A DNA stretch of 64,000 nt. It comes from Myxococcota bacterium (GTDB lineage: Bacteria > Myxococcota_A > Polyangia > Nannocystales > Nannocystaceae). Location: assembly GCA_039194325.1 (NCBI GenBank), contig JBCCWC010000003.1:32001-96000 (forward strand). The letters are read 5' to 3'. Under the pieces are notes generated by a model. The model saw only the letters and a list, made by a program, of their open reading frames with translations. It did not search any database and was not told the origin of the DNA. Positions 18,648 to 28,912 of the stretch are shown in pieces. The stretch's first letter is position 1, and every line of letters starts with the position of its first letter. The translations under genes were made by a program, and so were the position numbers.

Positions 18648-19877
18648 ATGATCCGACCCATGGTTGAGTCGAGCGAGAACCGGTTCCGCGTGGCGGCTGA
18701 AGATCCAGCGGCCGACGATCCAGCAATCGCCGAGTGGGCCCGGGAGTTGAACGGGCGAATACTCAGCGATCGGTATCAGCTTGGAAGGTTGCTCGGCTAC
18801 GGTGGAACCGGCGGCGTCTTCCGGGGTCGTCACCTGCGCCTCGGTAAGACCGTCGCGATCAAGGTGCTGCACGAAGAGCTGAGCTTCAACCCCGAGGTTC
18901 GCGGCCGATTCGACCGCGAGGCCCACGCTGCCTCGCGGCTGTCACACCCCAACTGCATCGAGATCACCGACGTCGGCAAGGAATGCGACCTCCACTATCT
19001 GGTGATGCCCTTCGTCGAGGGGGTAGAGCTCGAGCAATTGATGGGGGGCAAGCCCATGGAGCCGCAACGAGCGATCGCGCTAGTCACCCAGGTCCTCGCG
19101 GCGCTCGAGCACGCCCACTCCCTCGGCATCATCCACCGCGACGTGAAGCCCGAGAACGTGCTGGTCGTCCACGACTACCGAGGCTGCCCGCAGGTCAAGC
19201 TGCTCGACTTCGGGATCGCCAAGGTCACCCTTCCTGGTGATCCCAAGCGGCTGACCCGGGCCGGGCAGGTCTTTGGCACCCCGCAGTACATGAGCCCCGA
19301 ACAAGCGCGGGGCGCCGAGGTCACGCCAGCCTCCGACATCTACTCTACGGGCTTGATCTTGTACGAGCTGCTCACCGGGTTGCCCGTTTATGATGCCGAG
19401 GACCCCCTGGCGCAGATCCGCTGCCACCTGAGCGCACCGCCACCCCAGCTCACTGGGGTCGTGCCCGATGCATTGGTGCCCGTACTCGCCGGGATGCTCG
19501 CCAAGGATCCCAAGGAGCGCTTCCCCAGCGCCTCGGCGGTTCGAGCCGCCCTTGAGCGCGCGCAGCTCGTCGCGTCGTGGGATCTCCTCAGCGACTCGGG
19601 GACCTTCACACCAGCGACAACGAGCGCATGGATCCGCTCGGAGTCCACCGGCACCAAGACGCTGCCGTCTGGATCATGCGTGGTGTCACAAACCCTGCTG
19701 GCGGCAACACCCGCAACAGTCAGCACAACGAGTGCGGCGCGGAGGCGAAACGCGCCAGAGCACGAGGCGCTGTGGATCCTGGCCATGCTCATGGTCATGC
19801 TCGCACTGTGGACCGTACTCGGAGTCTCGACGTATCTGCTGATGACGAGCGAGATCGCGGTGCTCAGCGGGCCATGA
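18648..19877 (+). CDS. Ser/Thr protein kinase with C-terminal TM anchor
   Basis: LGYGGTG, VAIK, HRDVKPEN, DFGIAK, GTPQYMSPE; start 18648 or 18660. Confidence 0.95.
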   Translation: MIRPMVESSENRFRVAAEDPAADDPAIAEWARELNGRILSDRYQLGRLLGYGGTGGVFRGRHLRLGKTVAIKVLHEELSFNPEVRGRFDREAHAASRLSHPNCIEITDVGKECDLHYLVMPFVEGVELEQLMGGKPMEPQRAIALVTQVLAALEHAHSLGIIHRDVKPENVLVVHDYRGCPQVKLLDFGIAKVTLPGDPKRLTRAGQVFGTPQYMSPEQARGAEVTPASDIYSTGLILYELLTGLPVYDAEDPLAQIRCHLSAPPPQLTGVVPDALVPVLAGMLAKDPKERFPSASAVRAALERAQLVASWDLLSDSGTFTPATTSAWIRSESTGTKTLPSGSCVVSQTLLAATPATVSTTSAARRRNAPEHEALWILAMLMVMLALWTVLGVSTYLLMTSEIAVLSGP

Positions 19878-20052
19878 GACGCTAGGCGGCCGCGCGACGA
19901 AACCCTCGCGTGGTTAGATCATCGGAGTCAATGTCCTGCGGTCATCGAAGCCCGGCGCCGCCAACGAAATCCCCAGCCCCCCGCAGCCCCGAAGGGCTCC
20001 CATCCCATATCTTCGCCCGGCCCCCTCACGCTTCGGGTAGCATCGCCGCACC

Positions 20053-21864
20053 ATGAAGCCGGTGGTGTTCGAACGCGAGGTGGCTTGCCGGTCGAGCCCC
20101 ACGGAGCTCTGGCCGCGATTCGCGGACACCGAGCGGCTCAATCGTCACATCGGCAGCTCCGCGCTCGACGTTACTGCGCGAGATGACGCGGGAGTCGCCC
20201 GGTTCGTGATCACGACGAGGATCGGACCGACCAAGGTCACCTACTTCGAGGAGCCGTACGCCTGGCAATACGCGTCGTACTTCTCATTTAGGCGAAGGAT
20301 GGAAGGCGGACCCATCGCGATGATCTCCGTCCGTTACGATCTCGAGCCACGAGACGACAACACGACGCTCGTGAAGGCCCGGTTCGAAGCGACGCCGCGC
20401 TTTTCCTTCGCCTGGCCGGTCATCTGGTTCTTGACGCGACAGAACATCGAGAACCTGGTGCGTTTCGTACGGGAGACGGACCGCGCCGCCATCGAGAATG
20501 CAGATGTCAGGCTCTCCCGCTCTTCTTGCGATCGCCCAACGCTGCGCCGCGTGCTCGACACGCTCGAGGAGAGCCACGACGAACTACTCGTCGAAGAACT
20601 CGCGACCTTCATCGAGCGCGCACCCGACCTCGAAGTCGCACGCATTCGCCCGTACGAGCTCGCCGATCGCTGGAACAAGCCCCGGCGTGACGTCCTGAAG
20701 CTGTTCTTGGACGCGGTACGCATCGGCGCCTTGTCCCTTGAGTGGGCAATCCTCTGCCCCAGCTGCCACACCGGAAGCCAGACGCTCCCTTCCCTTGCCG
20801 ACCTCAACGCGGACGGACACTGTCACGCCTGCGACTTGCGATTCGGGCTCGATCTGGATCGCGCGGTCGAAGCGGTCTTTCGGCCCCAAGCGCGCATCCG
20901 CCCCGTCGACACCCGACCGTTTTGCGTCGGCGGGCCAATGCTGACCCCGCATGTCGTGGCGCAGACGCCTCTACCCGCCGGTGAAACTGCGGAACTCGTG
21001 GCGCCTGCACAACCGGGCCGGTACCGGATCTTCGCACGAGGGGGCGCCACCACCGTCGTCGACGTCGAGCCGCAAGGGCGCGCCTCCGCGGAGGTCAGAC
21101 TCACGGACGTAGGGCTCGAGCCGCCCCACCTCTCCTTGTCCCCTGGCGCCATGCTCCGCGTCGTGGGCGACGGCGAGCCCCGCCACGTCAAGCTCGAGCG
21201 CCGCGACTGGTCCTTTCCCGCGGCGACCGCCTACCAGGTGAGCCTGCTCCCCGAGTTCCGCGACCACTTCGGCACAGAAGCGCTCCGCCCCAAGCTCGCC
21301 CTCTCGGTCGGACGTGTCGCGATCCTCTTTGGCGATCTGTGTAACTCCACCGCGCTGTACTCACGGGTCGGAGACCCCACCGCCTTCGGCGTCGTAACCG
21401 ACAGCCTCCGCTTCGGCTCGGAGATCGTAGAGCGTCACCGAGGTCTCGTGGTCAAGACGATGGGCGACGCGATCATGGCCGCCTTCGAAGATCCAGGCGA
21501 CGCTATGGAGGCCGCGTCTGCGATGCTCGAGCAGTGGGAGGCGTTCACGAGCGAACAGCCACTCGCAAGCAAGCTCGACCTCAAGCTCGGGATCGCGGCC
21601 GGCACCTGCATGGTGATGTCGGCCAATCGGACGCTCGACTACTTCGGGCAGACCGTGAACACGGCGGCGCGGTGCCAGCACCTCGCCGGAGCCCGCGAAC
21701 TCGTCGTCTCCTCTGAGCTCTGGTCCGACCATGCTCCGAGCAGGTTGAACGAGATCGAGTCCTTCAGCACGTCCGTGAAGGGGATCGACACCCCCCTTGA
21801 TCTGGTGAGGGCGACTCCGATGGCCAGGGTCAGGACAAACAATGGTGACTCGAATGAAGAGTAG
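20053..21864 (+). CDS. Class III adenylate cyclase with SRPBCC-like and DUF5939-like N-terminal domains
   Basis: ILFGDLCNST, VKTMGDAIMA, DYFGQTVNTAAR; CPSC...CHAC; N-terminal ELWPRFADTERLN. Confidence 0.9.
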   Translation: MKPVVFEREVACRSSPTELWPRFADTERLNRHIGSSALDVTARDDAGVARFVITTRIGPTKVTYFEEPYAWQYASYFSFRRRMEGGPIAMISVRYDLEPRDDNTTLVKARFEATPRFSFAWPVIWFLTRQNIENLVRFVRETDRAAIENADVRLSRSSCDRPTLRRVLDTLEESHDELLVEELATFIERAPDLEVARIRPYELADRWNKPRRDVLKLFLDAVRIGALSLEWAILCPSCHTGSQTLPSLADLNADGHCHACDLRFGLDLDRAVEAVFRPQARIRPVDTRPFCVGGPMLTPHVVAQTPLPAGETAELVAPAQPGRYRIFARGGATTVVDVEPQGRASAEVRLTDVGLEPPHLSLSPGAMLRVVGDGEPRHVKLERRDWSFPAATAYQVSLLPEFRDHFGTEALRPKLALSVGRVAILFGDLCNSTALYSRVGDPTAFGVVTDSLRFGSEIVERHRGLVVKTMGDAIMAAFEDPGDAMEAASAMLEQWEAFTSEQPLASKLDLKLGIAAGTCMVMSANRTLDYFGQTVNTAARCQHLAGARELVVSSELWSDHAPSRLNEIESFSTSVKGIDTPLDLVRATPMARVRTNNGDSNEE

Positions 21865-21875
21865 ATCTGGCATCA

Positions 21876-22520
21876 TCAAAACAACGACAAGTTCCGATCC
21901 TTACCACCCCCCCAGCTACGCCGAGCCTCGGGCGGCAACTCCCCATAGCGCTCCTCATACGCCTCGAGAAACCGCCGCGTCGCCGCGTTGAGATACCCCC
22001 CGCCCCGGATCTCCCCGAACTCCTCCGCATAGCGCTGGGCGATGACCGCGAACGCCCGATCGCGCGCATCCTTGGCCACGATCGACGCCGCAGCCACGGC
22101 CACGTGGGCCGACTCGCCCTTGTCGATCGCCTCGAGCCGCGGATAATGAGCCCGAAGCGGAGAGAACATCCGCGCGCCGTCACAGATCACCCGCGCCTTT
22201 CGGGTGGCCCCCAAGCTCTCCAGCAGCTCGAGCACGACGCGGCGCTCCAGCACGTTGAGCTGACCACGATTGGTGTAGTGGTCGATCTCCTCCACCTCCA
22301 CCAGACGCAGCCGACACGCAGGCACACACTCACGGATCTGCTCGGCGAGCCGCCGTCGCTGCTCGCGACCCTCGGCGCTGCTGCCAAAACGCTTGCTGTC
22401 ATCGACGCCCAGGGGCCCGAGCGCTCGCTCAGCCTCGGCGTCGACCCCCACCACCGCGATGGCCATGGGCCCGAGGATCGGCCCTCGCCCGGCTTCGTCG
22501 GCCCCGAACACGAGCGTCAT
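21876..22520 (-). CDS. rnhB: Ribonuclease HII
   Basis: GADEAGRGP, DDSKR, ICDG, VAAASIVAK..RD. Confidence 0.9.
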   Translation of the reverse strand: MTLVFGADEAGRGPILGPMAIAVVGVDAEAERALGPLGVDDSKRFGSSAEGREQRRRLAEQIRECVPACRLRLVEVEEIDHYTNRGQLNVLERRVVLELLESLGATRKARVICDGARMFSPLRAHYPRLEAIDKGESAHVAVAAASIVAKDARDRAFAVIAQRYAEEFGEIRGGGYLNAATRRFLEAYEERYGELPPEARRSWGGGKDRNLSLF

Positions 22521-25500
22521 GTAGGCACGTCCTCGCCATCGCCGTCACCATCACCACCACCCAGCGCATCGATCGCGGTGAGCACGGCGCTACGCAGACG
22601 CAGCGCCTCGGCCCGCGGGGCGCTGCTGGCCTCGCGATCGAGCCGCGCCCGCGCCCGCTCCACCGCTCGGGCCAGCTGACGCGCGCGCCCAGCCCAAGCC
22701 TTGGCCACCGGTCGCAGCGCATCGCGGAAGCCGGCTCGCACCGCCGCCTCACCGCCGGCGATCTTGCCTCCGTGCTCGCGCAGGATCTCGGCCAGCAACC
22801 CGGCGTGCACGAGCCCCTCCACGTGCCCCTGCGCCCAAGGCACGAGCTGCTCGTCGAGGACCCCGGCCGCCGCCGGATCCTCGCGACCCAGCGGGGCAAG
22901 GGCCCGACGTAGCGCGGCCATCGTACCCTCGCGAAACGAAGCGGCGAGATACTCGACGTCTTGCGGATCGAGCGGCCCCTTGGCGAGCCCCTTGCCGGCC
23001 ACCAACACGCCCAGGCTAAGCCCCTCGCGGGCGAGCAGATCGTCCACCCCAAGTAGCTGCTCCTCCAGCGCATCGCCAAAGCGCAACAGCAGAGGATGCG
23101 CGGCTACCCGCTCACCTTGCATGCCCTCGAGCGTGGCATCGGCGCGCTGTTCCAGCGCGGTCACGGCCGCCAGCACTGCCTCGCGGGCAGCCCGCAGCGC
23201 CTCGCCCAGCCGCCGTGCGGTGAGGCTACGCTTGAGCTCACGCGCCCGCTGCAAGAAGTGCCGCTCGAGCGCCGCCTCGACGGCCGCGAAGGGATCTTCG
23301 CCGGCCGCCGACCCGACCGATCCGGCCGACCCAGCCGACCCAGCCGTCCCGGCCGTCCGATACTCCAGCGCATCGCGAGCACACAGCGGCACCACCTCCA
23401 CCAGAACCTCGCCCAACTGGGTACGCAGGTACTCGGCCAGCTCCGTCTTCTCGCCCTCATCGAGCGTGTCGACCTTGTTGAGCACACCTAGCACCTGTCG
23501 CCCGCCCGCCCGCAGGGTCGAGAGCATGCCCGCCTCGGTGGCCGCCCCGCTGCGGGTAGCCGAGAACAGCCACACCACCGCGTCGGCCTCGTCGAGGAAC
23601 TCGCGGGCCACCTGCTCGTGGAAGGCATCGAGCGCATTGAGCCCGGGAGTGTCGACCACCGCCGCGGCGCCCACCCGGCCCCCCGTGCGCTCGATCTCCA
23701 CATGACGAATACGAGCCGCCTCGGCGTCGTCGAGCCCGTGCAGGAACGGCTCGACGTCCTCGGGCGCGAGCGTGGCGATCCGACCGTCGCGATAGTGCAC
23801 CCGCGCCCCTCCGGTGGGACCGCGGCGAAACACGTTGATCGTGCTGGTCGTGGGCAGCACGCCCATCGGAGCCACGGTCTGACCCAGCAGGGCATTGACG
23901 AAGGTGCTCTTGCCCGCCGAGAACTCCCCCATGATGGCGATCGTGAGCGGCCGAGCCAGGCGCTCGCGGGCCGCCACCACCCGGGCCATGGCCGTCTGCA
24001 CGCCGGCCAACGAGACCCCGAGGATCCGGTTGGGCACACCGGCCAGCAGCGTCGTGGCGGCGCTGAGACGATCTTCGAGCCGGCTGCCCGTGTCGCCCTG
24101 GGCCAGCTCGGCCAGCATCCTGCGCGCACGCGGCAGGCCCGGCGCCTCGATCAGGGCCTCGACCAGCAGATCCTGGGCGAGATCATCCTGGCCCTCCAGG
24201 CGACAGCGCTCGGCCGCTGCCAACGCTCGCTGGCTGGCCAGCACCGCGGTGCGCAGATCCGGATCGCGCAGGGGACTCATCGGGTCGGGCCCGGCCGGCC
24301 CACCCAGATCCGGATCGGCCCGAAAGCGCGGGGGCACCCCCGGCTGAAAGTCCTCGTGCGACCGGTCGCCCGACGCGATCCGATGCCGAGCCCGCACGAG
24401 CCGAAGCTCCTCGGGGGCGGTGCCCTCTTCACGGCGGAGCCGATCGAGGATCGGATCACGAACCGGCGGCGGAAACCAGTCTAGCCGCAACGCCACGTGG
24501 GCCAGCTCGGCCAACCAACGATCCCGCACGGCCCTCGGGGCCTCCGCGGCCGCGTCGGACAGCGCCTGTATCACCTCGCGGCGCAGCCCCTCCTTGAGAT
24601 CGAGCTGGCGATCGTCGCCCTGGCGCCGCGTCAGCTCGGCCAGGGCCCAGCGCCGACGATGCTCGGGCTCGGCAGGCGCGGCCTGGAGGTGACGCAAGGC
24701 CACCGTGCTCAGATCGTCGCCGCCATCGCGGCGCAGGCCCACCGTCAAGGCCACCATCAGCCGGGTCTGGTCGAGCGCCGGGTCGTCACCCAACGCCTCT
24801 AGCTCGCTTTGTGCCGCCTCCTCGTCCTTCTTGGCCGCCAGCACGCGCACGCGGAGCTCCCGGGCCAGCGGGTCCTGCTCGTCGTGCTCGCGCGCTTCGT
24901 CGACCCAGTGCTCCGCCTCGGCCATCTGGTCGCAGGCCAGCAACAGCGCCACCCCATGGCGTAGCAGCACGTGACGCAGCGGCGTGCCCAGCTCGGGTAG
25001 CAGCTGAGTGCGGGCCTTTTGCAGCTCGCGCAACGCTCGGTCCTGCTCGCCACGCCGCAGCTGCGCCAGACCGGCCAGCAAGTGGACGAGCAGTCGAGTC
25101 TCGTGAGCGTCCCGCTTGGGCACCTCGCCCAGGTGACGAGCGGCCCGGCGCAGCGCATCGAGGGCCGGCTCGGGGCGCCCCTCGAACAGCTCGTGGGCCC
25201 CCAGCAGCAGCTGGCGTGGAGCCGGACCCAGCGCGTCGTCTTCGAGCGCTGCGATCACATCGGCCAGCGGCCGCAAGGGTCGGCCGCCCGTGATCAGATC
25301 GTGCACGAAGGTCAGCCCCAAGGCATACCGCAGGTGGGGCTGACCAGGATGGGCCTCCACCTGCGTGCGCAGGGTCGCCTGGGCCTGGGCGAGCTTGCCC
25401 TCGAGCCGCTGGGTGCGAGCGTCGTCGAGCGGCTGGCGCAGCTCGTCGGGCACCGACACCGAGCCCGAGACCTCCGCGACCAACTCGCCCACCCGACGCG

Positions 25501-25576
25501 CCCAGCCGCCCAGAGCATCACCAACCGACCGAAGACCCCGCGAGGCTGGGCCGCCCTGATCCTGCTCGTCGCTCAT
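22517..25576 (-). CDS. Dynamin-like GTPase with long N-terminal TPR-like region
   Basis: G1 GEFSAGKS, G2 PTT, G3 DTPG, G4 NKVD. Confidence 0.9.
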   Translation of the reverse strand: MSDEQDQGGPASRGLRSVGDALGGWARRVGELVAEVSGSVSVPDELRQPLDDARTQRLEGKLAQAQATLRTQVEAHPGQPHLRYALGLTFVHDLITGGRPLRPLADVIAALEDDALGPAPRQLLLGAHELFEGRPEPALDALRRAARHLGEVPKRDAHETRLLVHLLAGLAQLRRGEQDRALRELQKARTQLLPELGTPLRHVLLRHGVALLLACDQMAEAEHWVDEAREHDEQDPLARELRVRVLAAKKDEEAAQSELEALGDDPALDQTRLMVALTVGLRRDGGDDLSTVALRHLQAAPAEPEHRRRWALAELTRRQGDDRQLDLKEGLRREVIQALSDAAAEAPRAVRDRWLAELAHVALRLDWFPPPVRDPILDRLRREEGTAPEELRLVRARHRIASGDRSHEDFQPGVPPRFRADPDLGGPAGPDPMSPLRDPDLRTAVLASQRALAAAERCRLEGQDDLAQDLLVEALIEAPGLPRARRMLAELAQGDTGSRLEDRLSAATTLLAGVPNRILGVSLAGVQTAMARVVAARERLARPLTIAIMGEFSAGKSTFVNALLGQTVAPMGVLPTTSTINVFRRGPTGGARVHYRDGRIATLAPEDVEPFLHGLDDAEAARIRHVEIERTGGRVGAAAVVDTPGLNALDAFHEQVAREFLDEADAVVWLFSATRSGAATEAGMLSTLRAGGRQVLGVLNKVDTLDEGEKTELAEYLRTQLGEVLVEVVPLCARDALEYRTAGTAGSAGSAGSVGSAAGEDPFAAVEAALERHFLQRARELKRSLTARRLGEALRAAREAVLAAVTALEQRADATLEGMQGERVAAHPLLLRFGDALEEQLLGVDDLLAREGLSLGVLVAGKGLAKGPLDPQDVEYLAASFREGTMAALRRALAPLGREDPAAAGVLDEQLVPWAQGHVEGLVHAGLLAEILREHGGKIAGGEAAVRAGFRDALRPVAKAWAGRARQLARAVERARARLDREASSAPRAEALRLRSAVLTAIDALGGGDGDGDGEDVPT

Positions 25577-25999
25577 CGCGGGGAGCTTACCAGGGTGGCG
25601 GCAGCTCCGCAGGTCGCGCGGATCCACCGGGCGGCGCACACCGGCGGCGAGGCGCTTCCGATCGAGCGCATCCTCGACGTCGCCGTGTCGATCCCCGGTG
25701 AAGCGGCCGTGCTGGTTTCACCTTGGCAGGAACTTCCCAGTGCAAGATCGAGCGCGGAGGCGAAGCGGCGACTTCAGCACGCGGATCCGAGGCTCCGAGG
25801 AGCGCCTCTTTAAAGCGGAACACTTCTATAGAAAACCGGCACGATCACTCAATATATCTATGGGCGGCAACGCCCATACCAACTCGTCGTAGTCAGGCGT
25901 GAACGATCACGACTCCCGTTCGACGGTGGGATGTAACCATGGAAATCAAAAGGAAACCAAGAGCAGCACTAGCCTCATGATAGAATCCCATTGATTCCA

Positions 26000-27223
26000 A
26001 TGTCTGGTTCTTGTGCACCCCTCGACATCTTTTCCTCTGCGTTCATCGAGGATCCGGCCCCCATGATCAGCTGGATGCACGCGGAGTCCCCGATCATGTT
26101 CGAAGAGCGCATCAATGGCTGGCTGGTCGGCAGTTACGCCGACATCCAGGAACTCCGGGCCGAGTCACGCCTCACCAACCAGCGAGCGGGCATCATCGAA
26201 CAGCTGACCCCTCCAGAGCTCCATGACCGGGTCGCTCCGCTCGCGGAGTGGTACGCGGGGTGGATGATGATGCTCGATGGAGCCGGTCACCGCCGGATCC
26301 GTCGGCTCACCGCGCACGCGTTCCAGCCCCGTCAGCTCGAGCACCTGCAGAGCCTCATCGACACCGTCGTCGCCCAGCTCGTAGGAGCCGCACTCGACAA
26401 GGGCGAGCTAGAGGTCACCCAGGAGCTGGCCTTCCCGCTGCCGCGCACCGTGATCTGCGAGATGGTGGGGCTCCCCGAGCAGGACCGACACCTCTTCCCC
26501 GAGTGGTTCCGCAACATCAGCCTCGGGCTCAGCATCCCGCTGAACACCGCCGAGCTCATCGACTCCGTGGCCGGCTCGCACGCTGCGATGACCGCGTACT
26601 TCACCGAGAAGATCCAAGATCGACGCCGCACGCCCCGTGAAGGAGAGGTGCTAACCGGCCTGGTGAATGCGATGGAGGAGGGTGATTCGTTGAGCGAGCG
26701 CGAGGTGATCGACCTGCTCGCGGTGATCATCACCGGGGCGTACGACACCACCGCCCACCTCATCACCAACGGTCTGCACTTGCTGCTGCAACACCCCGAG
26801 CAGCTCGCCGCGGTCCGGGCCGACCCCTCGCTCGTCGATGACTGGATCGAGGAGACCCTGCGATTCCAGCCTTCGATCCCCATCAACATGCAATCGGTCG
26901 GCGAGGCGTTCGAATACAAGGGCCATCGCTTCGAGGCGGGTCAAATGGTCTTCTTCCTGGCCGGCGCCGCCAACCGCGATCCCGCGCACTTCCCCGATCC
27001 CCATCGCTTCGACATCCGACGCGACAACAGCCGTGACCACGTCGCATTCGGGTTCGGCCCGCATTTTTGCCTGGGGGCACCGCTCGCGCGCATCGAGGCC
27101 CGCCGCGCGTTCCACGGCCTGCTGGAGCGTACCGAGTCGCTCACCCTGCCCGAGCAGGAGATCCGGTATCTACCCAACACGTTCATACGAGGACTCGAGT
27201 CGCTGCGCGTGACCCTTGGCTGA
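26000..27223 (+). CDS. Cytochrome P450
   Basis: ETLR (ExxR), ANRDP, FGFGPHFCLG haem ligand. Confidence 0.97.
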   Translation: MSGSCAPLDIFSSAFIEDPAPMISWMHAESPIMFEERINGWLVGSYADIQELRAESRLTNQRAGIIEQLTPPELHDRVAPLAEWYAGWMMMLDGAGHRRIRRLTAHAFQPRQLEHLQSLIDTVVAQLVGAALDKGELEVTQELAFPLPRTVICEMVGLPEQDRHLFPEWFRNISLGLSIPLNTAELIDSVAGSHAAMTAYFTEKIQDRRRTPREGEVLTGLVNAMEEGDSLSEREVIDLLAVIITGAYDTTAHLITNGLHLLLQHPEQLAAVRADPSLVDDWIEETLRFQPSIPINMQSVGEAFEYKGHRFEAGQMVFFLAGAANRDPAHFPDPHRFDIRRDNSRDHVAFGFGPHFCLGAPLARIEARRAFHGLLERTESLTLPEQEIRYLPNTFIRGLESLRVTLG

Positions 27224-27445
27224 GCCGCGGCTACGCAGGCCGATCGAACGACGCACTCGTGACGCGCGTGAACTGCACTCGCTGACCATCGAGACCGAGG
27301 GGGAGCGCTGGTCATCGAGGATTGAGTGTCCCCGAACCCGAGCAACGCGCTCGACGCTGGGCCTCGACCCTGCGCACCCCGGGCAGGACACCTGCCAACC
27401 CGGGGCCGAGGTCAGCTCGACTTCGACCTCGATCTGGCCCGAGAC

Positions 27446-27519
27446 ATGACACTCGCCGTCCCTCGCTCGAGGATCTCCGTTTTCGTCCGCCGAGATCGAC
27501 AGCGAGAAGAAATCCCAGT
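27446..27519 (-). pseudogene. Frameshifted internal fragment paralogous to the 29051-29749 gene
   Basis: Aligns to about 29202-29274; translates WDFFSLSISAD/TEILERGTASV versus WEFFSLSTSADGTEILDRGTTEV, with a 1-nt insertion. Confidence 0.8.
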
Positions 27520-27540
27520 GACAAGAGGACGGTCAGCGCC

Positions 27541-28248
27541 TCAGGTCGACGCCGTAGGCTCACCCTCTGTGGTATCTACCCCACTACCAACCTCGCTCGT
27601 ACCTTGCATCCCACCGGTTTCGAACGGGATATACTGGCAGGCGTTCTCATCAGGGTCGATGATCAACACTGTGCCCGTCCCGGCATAGCCAGGGGTGCTC
27701 GAGCCATGCTCGAGATGAAGAGAAGTTTCGGCCACCGTCTTCACATATGTATCACAAAGGTAGAGTGCCGAGCTCACGGTACACACCTGCGGCCCAGGCT
27801 GCGCAGGATCTTCGACGAGATCACAGTAAGACTCGTTGCATGTCAGATGATCTTTACACGCGATGATGAGATCATCCAGCAATTCGTCGACAAAGTTATT
27901 GTAAGCATCAGCATCTTCTTGGGCCAATGAGTCCAGATCCATGGCGTTCTTCGCGTCGATTGCCGCCATTATCCTGTCGAATCGGCTCTGCGGGAAAACA
28001 CAACGTCTCCCAATGTAGGCCGAAACAGGAAGGGGGGCATCCATCCCACCACCGTAGTAGTTTGCACAGGTCGTATCGAAGAAACCGTAGGGTGATATCT
28101 CATCCGCAATCTCGACCGGCTCGACGCGATAGTCAAGACAATGAACGACGCACTGCTGCGCCGGGCGAACACATGACCAGGACACAAGAAACAACCCTAT
28201 CGTGCCGATGAGTAGCGACCACGCGCGAATCAGCAAGAACGTTCTCAT
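27541..28248 (-). CDS. Cys-rich exported/lipoprotein, hypothetical
   Basis: Signal-like N-terminus ending VSWSC; many Cys; ATGA overlap with upstream gene; lower GC. Confidence 0.7.
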   Translation of the reverse strand: MRTFLLIRAWSLLIGTIGLFLVSWSCVRPAQQCVVHCLDYRVEPVEIADEISPYGFFDTTCANYYGGGMDAPLPVSAYIGRRCVFPQSRFDRIMAAIDAKNAMDLDSLAQEDADAYNNFVDELLDDLIIACKDHLTCNESYCDLVEDPAQPGPQVCTVSSALYLCDTYVKTVAETSLHLEHGSSTPGYAGTGTVLIIDPDENACQYIPFETGGMQGTSEVGSGVDTTEGEPTAST

Positions 28249-28826
28249 TGCCCTTCCACGCTCGCATTCTGACAATCCATCATTTCCCGCCATTCGGCCC
28301 AGCAAGGGCGTTCTTCTTGAGGCGGAAGATCATCGCCGCTACCCCGAAAGTAGAACCGCTGGGCATCGCAATCCAGCGAAGCAACGCATTCGTAGTGATC
28401 GGCCCACTGACCGACACAAACGTCTTGCATCGTCGTCGGTTGATACCCCCAACCGGAACTCCGAAGACCATCAGCCGTTGCGCACTCTCTTATACAACCC
28501 TCAAGATCTTCGTAGGCCGGCGTCTGCCCGATTCCACACTCTGGACTAATCTCGATCTCACACCACCGCTGGCAGGGTTCGACACGATGCTCGAACAGAT
28601 CGACATCGTCACTCCCACTCTCACCATCGGCGATCTGTCGACTACATCCCGGAATGACAACGGAGATGAGCACCGCAAGCGCCGCTGAAGTCGAGGCGCC
28701 CGACCACGACGGACCAATGACGTCATGTCGGGCGACCCATGCCTCGAGATGCTCGCTTCGGCGCCCACTCGGCTTCTTCCAAACCGCCTGGCTCGACGCC
28801 GGCTCGCGAGCAAGTTTGATCGTCAT
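28245..28826 (-). CDS. Cys-rich putative lipoprotein, hypothetical
   Basis: LAVLISVVIPGC lipobox-like; CxxxC patterns; start uncertain. Confidence 0.7.
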   Translation of the reverse strand: MTIKLAREPASSQAVWKKPSGRRSEHLEAWVARHDVIGPSWSGASTSAALAVLISVVIPGCSRQIADGESGSDDVDLFEHRVEPCQRWCEIEISPECGIGQTPAYEDLEGCIRECATADGLRSSGWGYQPTTMQDVCVGQWADHYECVASLDCDAQRFYFRGSGDDLPPQEERPCWAEWREMMDCQNASVEGQ

Positions 28827-28912
28827 TACGGGTAGAGACTAGCATTTCTTTGTCATCGACACGATGCTCCCCCGTCGCGGGCGGCTACCCACACAAAACC
28901 ACCTGGAGAGTA

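Noticed and set aside
25643..25813. Kinase-like fragment LPIERILDVAVSI
   Set aside because: Too short; no other kinase motif
25836..25853. Sigma54 promoter CCGGCACGATCACTCA
   Set aside because: The -12 GC is missing
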